Assembly: GCA_963977445.1 (NCBI GenBank)
Contig: CAXBPH010000242.1
Span: 1-10,588, forward strand
Direction of reading: 5' to 3'
Source: an uncultured bacterium
GTDB lineage: Bacteria > Hydrogenedentota > Hydrogenedentia > Hydrogenedentales > JAEUWI01
Length of the DNA stretch: 10,588 nt
Shown here one piece after another: positions 1-5,945 of the stretch. Under the pieces are notes generated by a model. It was not told the origin of the DNA. It searched no databases and saw nothing but the letters and a program-made list of their open reading frames with translations. How positions within the stretch are numbered: position 1 is the stretch's first letter; the number at the start of each line of letters is the position of its first letter. The position numbers and the translations under genes were made by a program.

Positions 1-100
1 CTTGCGCGTAGGCCCGATCGCTGCCCGCCACGACTCCCAAAAGAAGTACTGCGCAAGTCACGGCCATAAATCTCTTGGAAACCGCTCGTTTCGGTATCAT
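1..100 (-). CDS. 5' end of a probable secreted protein (Sec signal peptide), truncated by the window edge
   Basis: Not in the ORF track. The minus strand reads GGGAG-aattag-ATG (ATG at 100-98), then is open to base 1: MIPKRAVSKRFMAVTCAVLLLGVVAGSDRAYAQ. It has a basic n-region, a hydrophobic h-region and an A-Y-A|Q signal-peptidase-I-like site. Confidence 0.7.
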   Translation of the reverse strand, partial: MIPKRAVSKRFMAVTCAVLLLGVVAGSDRAYAQ

Positions 101-130
101 CTAATTCTCCCTATCCTATCCCATAAATGG

Positions 131-159
131 CCTCTACCAAGCACCCCCAGTAAAGTCAA
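131..159 (-). promoter_or_regulatory. Possible sigma70-type promoter for the secreted-protein gene
   Basis: Minus strand TTGACT-N17-TAGAGG with TG one base upstream of the -10. The -10 lacks the conserved final T, so this is weak. Confidence 0.25.
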
Positions 160-902
160 ATACACACTTTTATCTTAACCAGTTTTCAATGGAAATTAAA
201 TTCGACATATTGCGACCACGCGCCGCCAACCTGACGCCACCAGCAAATAAACTGCACAAATAGATAAGATAAGGCCTGAACCCGCAGATTAGGTCTTGGC
301 TACTTTCATCACAACCGCTTCGCAAGCTACGCCATCGAATCTAAATAGCCCATGTCAGTTGCGGCACTTGCATCGACACCACTATTCACCCACTGGGTAC
401 TCCCCAGAAACACCACGCGGGCATTGGCAGAGACACAGGAAATCATGTTCATGTTTAAACGACCAATGCTGCGACCGTGCTCGTAAGGCCCTGATTCGAA
501 GTCTGCTGCTCTCAAATAAAACGCAAAGCTACGACCTCTCGCATTGCCCGACGCGACTCCCAATGCTATTTCACACTGCGTCCCACGGCCACCGTACCAA
601 CGAACTCTCCCCCACAATGAAAATTCTACTAAACAAATCGACCACTACCACTAGGTTTATAAAGTGCCGCTTGCGAGGCTGGAGCAATGCCGACACAGGT
701 GCCTATAAATATCGTCTGCTATTCACGGTCCCATAGTCGTCGATGATGATCATTGGGGGAGACGGAAGACTGAACATGGAGAATTGACCTGCAATCCAGT
801 GGATACCAACATTCTGTCGGTAGACTCTGACTCTCGATCTTATCAGCTACAACACAGCCACAATGTTCGAATGTGTCTCCCCAGCCAGAGCAATACGTTC
901 CC

Positions 903-931
903 ATAGTATAGCGTTTTCAAAAAACTGTCAA
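903..931 (-). promoter_or_regulatory. Sigma70-type promoter firing leftwards
   Basis: Minus strand has a perfect TTGACA (931-926), a 17-nt spacer and TACTAT (908-903). An alternative TATACT (910-905) sits at 15-nt spacing. Confidence 0.5.
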
Positions 932-964
932 CTTCGAGAAATCGAATCATCACTCACGGTAAGT

Positions 965-987
965 CGTTATCAAATATTTGAATAACG
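965..987. repeat. Near-perfect 23-bp inverted repeat (operator-like dyad or RNA hairpin)
   Basis: CGTTAT-CAAATATTTG-A-ATAACG: a perfect 10-bp palindromic core flanked by 6-bp complementary arms with one extra A. Confidence 0.6.
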
Positions 988-1032
988 CCAAAATCGGGCG
1001 CGCGGTTCCCTCCGTTGGAACCCAGTACCCCA

Positions 1033-1890
1033 TCAATACCCCAAGCGCGCCAGTGTCCCTTCCACGCTGTTGAGGTAACTCGCGCCAAACAATCGCGCGT
1101 GCACCAACAGGGGATAGAGGTTGTAGATATCTCGTCGATATTCGAAGAAGCCGTCGGGGATTGGGCGTAGCGCGTGGTAGGCGTCGAAGAAGGCCTGGCC
1201 GAAGGTGGAGAAGAGCGTGGTGAAGGCCAGTTCAATTTCGGGATGGCCGTAGTAGACCGCCGGGTCGATAAAGCCCGTTATTTTCCCATGATCCGCGAGG
1301 ACGTTCGTCGTCCACACGTCGCCGTGGAGGAGGGACGGGTGTTCGGGTTCCTGGATGAATTGTCCGAGGTCGGCGGCGAAACCTTCGATGCGTTGCAGCA
1401 GGGCCCGGCTCATGATGCCCTCTTTCCGCGCATGGGTAGCCATGTGGAGCAATCGCTGATCGCGAAAGAAGTCCAGCCACGAGTCGGTCCAGGGGTTGGG
1501 CTGGTGGAGGGAGCCGATGAGGGTGTCCCGCTCCAGGCCGTGGGCCTTCCCGCGCACGCCGTGGAGGGCGGCGAGGAGTTGGGCTGCGTGTTGCTGGCAC
1601 GGCCCGCTGAACTGGCTGTCCCCCGCGATGAACGTCATAAGAAGGACGGCCGGTGTTGAGACGACTACCTCGGGCACGGGCAGTTCGCTGTGTTCCGCCA
1701 GGTAGCGGAGCATATAGCCTTCGATATCGAGGCGGGGCGGGACGCTCCGGTCTACTTTGGCCACCACCCCACGGCCATCACCAAGTTCGAGGTGAAAGAC
1801 CTCCCCGATGCAGCCTCCGCTCAGGGGCCGCTTTCGCACAATCGAGGTGCCGAGGGTCTCGGCGACGCATTGCTCCAATAGATCGGCCAT
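1033..1890 (-). CDS. Fructosamine kinase family protein (FN3K homologue)
   Basis: 285 aa with N-terminal LSGGCIG loop, PSLLHGDVWTTN catalytic segment, IDPAVYYGHPEIELA and YNLYPLLVH..LFG..Y, all typical of the family. GGAG lies 5 nt before the ATG. Confidence 0.9.
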   Translation of the reverse strand: MADLLEQCVAETLGTSIVRKRPLSGGCIGEVFHLELGDGRGVVAKVDRSVPPRLDIEGYMLRYLAEHSELPVPEVVVSTPAVLLMTFIAGDSQFSGPCQQHAAQLLAALHGVRGKAHGLERDTLIGSLHQPNPWTDSWLDFFRDQRLLHMATHARKEGIMSRALLQRIEGFAADLGQFIQEPEHPSLLHGDVWTTNVLADHGKITGFIDPAVYYGHPEIELAFTTLFSTFGQAFFDAYHALRPIPDGFFEYRRDIYNLYPLLVHARLFGASYLNSVEGTLARLGY

Positions 1891-1904
1891 GAAAACTCCA
1901 GGAG

Positions 1905-2027
1905 TTTAGAATAGTGAATTAACTGGCAAAATCTTGGCGGATTTCTAAATTCACCATTCTAAATTCACCATTCTAAATTCACTATTCTCCATTCAATTCT
2001 CCATTCTCTATTCTAAATTCTCAATTC
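1905..2027. repeat. AT-rich heptamer tandem repeat with an inverted copy
   Basis: TTCTAAATTCACCA x2 plus TTCTAAATTCACTA (1943-1984), then TTCTCCA, TTCAA, TTCTCCA, TTCTCTA, TTCTAAA, TTCTCAA, TTC up to 2027. 1905-1920 TTTAGAATAGTGAATT is the reverse complement of 1948-1963 with one mismatch. Confidence 0.85.
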
Positions 2028-2484
2028 GCTCCAGCAGTCCCCGGGCGCTGGCTTCGACGATGTTGTAAACATTTTCAAATCCGTGGTCGCCGCCATAATA
2101 GGGGTCGGGCACGTCCTGCACCTTGAGTTCCGGGGCGAAGCTGGTAAAACGGTAGAGTCGGCCCTGTTCGCTCTTGGGGCAGGCCCGTTTCAATTCACTT
2201 AAATTGGCACTGTCCATGGCGCATATATAATCGAAGCGCTCAAAGTCCTCGGGCACGACAGCACGGGATTTCTGGCGACTCAGGTCGACGCCGTGGCGCA
2301 GGGCCTCCTCTTGCGAGCGGGGGTCGGGTGCCTGGCCCTTATGCCAGCCGCTGGTGCCGGCCGAATCGATTTCTATGTGGTCTGCCAGCCCTTTTTCTTC
2401 CACCATCGCGCGAAAAACGCCTTCGGCCGTGGGCGAGCGGCAAATATTTCCCAAACAAACAAAGAGTACCTTAATGCGTTTCAA
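2008..2484 (-). CDS. Low-molecular-weight protein-tyrosine phosphatase family protein
   Basis: P-loop VLFVCLGNICRSPTAE (CX5R), DSAGT and VPDPYYG motifs. Start reassigned to TTG at 2484 (CAGGAG 6 nt upstream), giving 158 aa instead of the track's 172. Confidence 0.92.
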   Translation of the reverse strand: MKRIKVLFVCLGNICRSPTAEGVFRAMVEEKGLADHIEIDSAGTSGWHKGQAPDPRSQEEALRHGVDLSRQKSRAVVPEDFERFDYICAMDSANLSELKRACPKSEQGRLYRFTSFAPELKVQDVPDPYYGGDHGFENVYNIVEASARGLLERIENLE

Positions 2485-2551
2485 CGTTAACTCCTGTAAC
2501 AATGACTCAGGCCAACCACAGGTCAAAACATGCCTGTAGGACCCGCAAATC

Positions 2552-2581
2552 TTGCGACAAATCTATGCCAGATGATAAACT
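2552..2581 (+). promoter_or_regulatory. Candidate atp operon promoter
   Basis: TTGCGA (2552-2557)-N18-TAAACT (2576-2581) with extended -10 TG-A, ~30 nt upstream of the first gene. Confidence 0.45.
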
Positions 2582-2610
2582 GTCCCACCGTAATACGGGG
2601 GAGAATAGCC

Positions 2611-2844
2611 ATGATTCCACCGAAGCAGCAGGACGGAAAACGCGTGAGAGACGCGTTGCGACTGGTCGCGTTGGTGGGTTTGACCATTTCTGCCAGTATA
2701 TTGACAGGCACTTGGGTTGGATTCAACCTGGACCGGGTGATACCCGCAGATGGCCTCTGGACCGTATTGGGTATCCTGGCCGGCCTCCTCGCGGGACTGC
2801 TTATCGCGGGTTGGTTGCTGTATCGGGAGACCCGGCAACCCTGA
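2611..2844 (+). CDS. AtpZ/AtpQ-like (ATPase gene 1 family) small membrane protein
   Basis: 77 aa from ATG 2611 (GGGGGAG upstream). Two hydrophobic helices with the G..VG..LD....LG...G...G pattern; first gene of the atp operon. Confidence 0.8.
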   Translation: MIPPKQQDGKRVRDALRLVALVGLTISASILTGTWVGFNLDRVIPADGLWTVLGILAGLLAGLLIAGWLLYRETRQP

Positions 2845-2894
2845 CCGCCCGGTTGGCTATCCGGCGTCGCTTAACTACCCCAACGGAGTACAAT

Positions 2895-3281
2895 GTGGAA
2901 TTGCTGAAGGCATTTCGTCTGGCCGTGGTGCGCTACACCCTCGTAGTCACCCTTATCGCGGCATTTGGCGCATGGTTCTGGTCGCCTGTGGTGTCCAAAG
3001 GGCTCCTTATGGGCGGCATGGCCGGTGCCCTGGGCTTTTGGATCACGGGACGAAACATTCAGAAACTTGCATCCCCAGACGGCGCACCGCTACAATCTTT
3101 TGCGGTGAAGTGGACGTTTATTCGCCTGCTTTTTTATGCGCTGGCTATCTACAAAGGCTTTACGTTGGATCGGGAACACCACTACGGCCTTTTAGCAGCA
3201 GTGATCGGGATATTCATTGTTCAAATTGTCATGATCACCTTGGCGTTCACAAGTTTGGGCAACACGCGGAGAGACGTCTAG
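2895..3281 (+). CDS. atpI: ATP synthase protein I (four hydrophobic segments)
   Basis: Start reassigned to GTG 2895 (GGAG at 2885-2888), 128 aa. About 4 hydrophobic segments with an Arg in the third (FIRLLFY); directly upstream of atpB. Confidence 0.75.
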   Translation: MELLKAFRLAVVRYTLVVTLIAAFGAWFWSPVVSKGLLMGGMAGALGFWITGRNIQKLASPDGAPLQSFAVKWTFIRLLFYALAIYKGFTLDREHHYGLLAAVIGIFIVQIVMITLAFTSLGNTRRDV

Positions 3282-3285
3282 TCGC

Positions 3286-4044
3286 ATGGAATCCATTGGT
3301 GAAAGACTGATTTGGTACTACGTACCTTTCACAGATATCCCCATTCCTCTTGGGGGCGTGAACATACTCACCCTGTTCAATGCGGTGCTGGTCATGCTCG
3401 TCCTTTTTGGCTTGGCCCGTCTTGCCGTGCGCAAGTTTGCCATGGTGCCCAGCCGCAGCCAGATGGCTATCGAGCTCTACACCGGCATCTTCGATAATCT
3501 GGTCACCAGCTCCCTGGAACTGGACACCCGTGAGAAAAACCGCCGCTTTTTCCCCCTCATCGGCACCCTGTTTCTCTATTTAATACTCAGCAATTTCATC
3601 GGCTTTGTGCCCACCCACTACTTCGAAGAGCCCACGGCGGATATTAACTGCACGCTGGGCCTCGGCCTCCTGGGCATGTTTATCGCCACCTGGTGCGCCA
3701 TCAAGACCAAGGGCATGGGCGGTTATGTCGAAGAATTGCTCGGGCCCATGTGGCACCAGCCCGAAGCGACGGGTGGTGCAAAAATCGCCGGCAAACTCTC
3801 GGCCCTCTTCTTTTTTCCCCTCAATGTCATTGGGGAACTGGCCAAAGTGGTTTCCATCTCCTTCCGACTCTTCGGCAATATCGTCGGGGGCAGCATCATC
3901 ATCATTGTGGTGTCCAACCTCGTTTATAACTTCAGCATTCTGGCCGTTGGCCTCGATCTTTTTTTCATTTTCTTTGTGGGCACGGTGCAAGCCTTTGTGT
4001 TTACCATGCTCACCCTGACCTATATCGCGGTCGCCATAAAATAG
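3286..4044 (+). CDS. atpB: ATP synthase Fo subunit a
   Basis: 252 aa with P...Q...E, LSNFIGFVP, PTADIN, SISFRLFGN (essential Arg) and VQAFVFTMLT..Y motifs. Confidence 0.97.
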   Translation: MESIGERLIWYYVPFTDIPIPLGGVNILTLFNAVLVMLVLFGLARLAVRKFAMVPSRSQMAIELYTGIFDNLVTSSLELDTREKNRRFFPLIGTLFLYLILSNFIGFVPTHYFEEPTADINCTLGLGLLGMFIATWCAIKTKGMGGYVEELLGPMWHQPEATGGAKIAGKLSALFFFPLNVIGELAKVVSISFRLFGNIVGGSIIIIVVSNLVYNFSILAVGLDLFFIFFVGTVQAFVFTMLTLTYIAVAIK

Positions 4045-4105
4045 TCGGCCCTATCGCTTCCCTGCGATACATATGGCCTGCTTTTTCAAAGTGTAAGGAT
4101 TTATT

Positions 4106-5089
4106 GTGGAACTCGAACCCCACACATGGCTCATTCTCGGCAAATTTGCCGGGGCGGGCATTGCCCTGGGCATGGGCGGCATCGGTGCCGCCATCGGCAT
4201 GGGTAATGCCGCTGGTATGGCCAACACGGCCATCATGCGCCAGCCCAAAGTGCAGCGGGAAATGCTGCGCACCATGCTCATTGGCCAGGCCGTGGGCGAA
4301 GGTGCCGCCGTGTTTGCACTCGTCATCGGACTCTTTATTATTGTCGTCTCCCCCGCCAATCTGGAACTGATCGGGGGCAACTACTTCGCCGCACTCCTCG
4401 GCGCGGGCCTTTCTATCGGCTTTGGCACCTTCGGCAGCGGCCTCGGGTGTGGCTGGCCTGCGGGCAACGCCTGCGCCGGTTTTGCCCGGAATCCCGCCCG
4501 TAGTCCCAAGCTCACTCAATCCATGATCATTGGCCAGGCCGTGGCCCAGTCGCCCAGCATTTTCGCCCTGGTCGTGTCCCTCATCCTTATATTGACAGCC
4601 AAAAACGGCACGGACCTGCCCACCATGGGCATCTACATCAGCGCCGGGTTGGCTATGGGTGTGAGCGCCCTCGGCTCGGGCATTGGCTCCGGCAAAACCG
4701 CAGGTGGCGCTGTCGATGGTATTGGCCGGTGGCCCCTCTCCTATGGCGTCACCCTCCGCACCATGCTCATCGGCCAGGCGGTCTGCGAGACCCCGGCCAT
4801 TTTCGGCATGCTGGTGGCCTTTATCATGGTGATTGCCCCCGGTGACCTGAATCCCGGAATTCTGGGCTTCGCGCAGGTTTTCGGCGCCGCCATTGCCGTA
4901 GGTTTCGGCGGCATCGGCCCCGGTATCGGCAGTGGGCTCACCGCCGCGCAGGGTTGTGCGGCCACGGCGGCCCGACCCGATAAAGACGCCCTTATCCTTC
5001 GAACGATGTTAATCGGTCAGGCTGTTTCCCAGTCGACCGCGATTTATGCTCTGATTATTGCCCTCGCGCTCTTGTACGTGGTGGGCTGA
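4106..5089 (+). CDS. Fused four-hairpin ATP synthase c-subunit-like proteolipid (~8 TM)
   Basis: GTG start with TAAGGA upstream; 327 aa. Four 80-83-aa repeats, each with a Gly-rich helix, a polar loop (RQP, RNP, RWP, ARP) and (RT/QS)M(L/I)IGQAVx(E/Q). Site residues are E65, Q148, E228, Q309. Confidence 0.93.
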   Translation: MELEPHTWLILGKFAGAGIALGMGGIGAAIGMGNAAGMANTAIMRQPKVQREMLRTMLIGQAVGEGAAVFALVIGLFIIVVSPANLELIGGNYFAALLGAGLSIGFGTFGSGLGCGWPAGNACAGFARNPARSPKLTQSMIIGQAVAQSPSIFALVVSLILILTAKNGTDLPTMGIYISAGLAMGVSALGSGIGSGKTAGGAVDGIGRWPLSYGVTLRTMLIGQAVCETPAIFGMLVAFIMVIAPGDLNPGILGFAQVFGAAIAVGFGGIGPGIGSGLTAAQGCAATAARPDKDALILRTMLIGQAVSQSTAIYALIIALALLYVVG

Positions 5090-5173
5090 CCCTGAATTTC
5101 CGCCCCTGCGGCGGTATGGCTACGTAAACTATATTGACCACGGCCCCTTGGCCCAATAAAGAGGATCACCTCC

Positions 5174-5503
5174 ATGATGGACCCGACCACGATTCTTACC
5201 CTTATGAACGCTGCCGTCGCCCAGGCACCCGAAGCCGCCACCAGTGCGGCTACAGGGATTGCCGGTGCCGATTTGATAAAAGCCGGTGCCCTCATCGGCG
5301 CAGGCATTTGCATGGGCTTCGGTGCTATTGGACCTGGAATCGGTGAAGGTTTCGCCGCCGGTAAGGCCTGCGAAGCCATTGGCCGCAGCCCCCAGGAAGC
5401 TGGCCTGCTCACCCGCACCATGCTTATCGGCCAGGCCGTTTCCGAGTCTACCGGTATCTACTCCCTCGTTATCGCCCTGCTCATGCTTTTCGTTATCGGC
5501 TGA
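5174..5503 (+). CDS. atpE: ATP synthase Fo subunit c, Na+-binding signature
   Basis: 109 aa (start could be 5177). GPGIGEG ... RSP ... [11 protein letters not shown] gives P54, E58, E91, S92, T93, Y96. Confidence 0.97.
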   Translation: MMDPTTILTLMNAAVAQAPEAATSAATGIAGADLIKAGALIGAGICMGFGAIGPGIGEGFAAGKACEAIGRSPQEAGLLTRTMLIGQAVSESTGIYSLVIALLMLFVIG

Positions 5504-5522
5504 TTAAGGCCCCGCTTCACCC

Positions 5523-5942
5523 ATGGTTTCTGTCAACTTTACATTGTTCGTCTTGCTGGTTCTTTTCCTCGTCTTCCTCGGGGTCATGCACCGCTTTGTC
5601 TTTTTGCCTCTGCTGACCATCATGGACAAGCGCGGCGATCAAATCGCTCAAGATAAGATCACCGCGCAGGATGCCGCTGCCGAAGCGGTCGCGTTGGAAG
5701 ATCAGTATTCCATGCGGATCGCCAAGATGCACCGTGAGGCCAGTGTGCGGCTCAATCGAGCCCACCGACAGGCGCAAGAAGAGCACAACGCCCGGGTCGT
5801 CGCGTTTAAGGCCAAGGCCGAACAGGACCTCCGCACGCTGAACGCGGCCCTCGACGCGGATATAGCCCGACAGGAAGACCAATTTGAAGCCCTGTCCCGG
5901 GATATTCATGCCGCGATGGCAACGAAACTGGAGTTGAAGTAG
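5523..5942 (+). CDS. ATP synthase Fo subunit b' (b-family)
   Basis: 139 aa with an N-terminal TM, F.PL...MDKR...I motif and Ala/Glu/Gln-rich coiled-coil; located between atpE and atpH. Confidence 0.88.
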   Translation: MVSVNFTLFVLLVLFLVFLGVMHRFVFLPLLTIMDKRGDQIAQDKITAQDAAAEAVALEDQYSMRIAKMHREASVRLNRAHRQAQEEHNARVVAFKAKAEQDLRTLNAALDADIARQEDQFEALSRDIHAAMATKLELK

Positions 5943-5945
5943 CCT

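Noticed and set aside
296..904. ORFs 296-736 (+), 327-617 (-) and 719-904 (-) as genes
   Set aside because: No recognisable motifs, atypical composition and no convincing SD-start pairing; the 904 start lies inside the predicted -10 element.
1943..2027. CRISPR array
   Set aside because: Units are 7/14 bp and contiguous with no spacers; no cas genes in the window.
2502..2894. N-terminal half of the 259-aa ORF as an AtpI fusion
   Set aside because: It overlaps the AtpZ/Q-like gene in another frame and the promoter region; GTG 2895 with an SD gives a normal-sized AtpI.
5134..5162. Internal promoter TTGACC-N17-TAAAGA before atpE
   Set aside because: The -10 is poor and the implied start site would fall downstream of the SD.
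4268..5439. Recurring DNA motif cgcaccatgct.at.ggccaggc as a CRISPR-like repeat, gene conversion tract or assembly artefact
   Set aside because: It encodes the conserved RTMLIGQAV motif; synonymous positions differ between copies and the rest of each hairpin is strongly diverged, indicating an old duplication.
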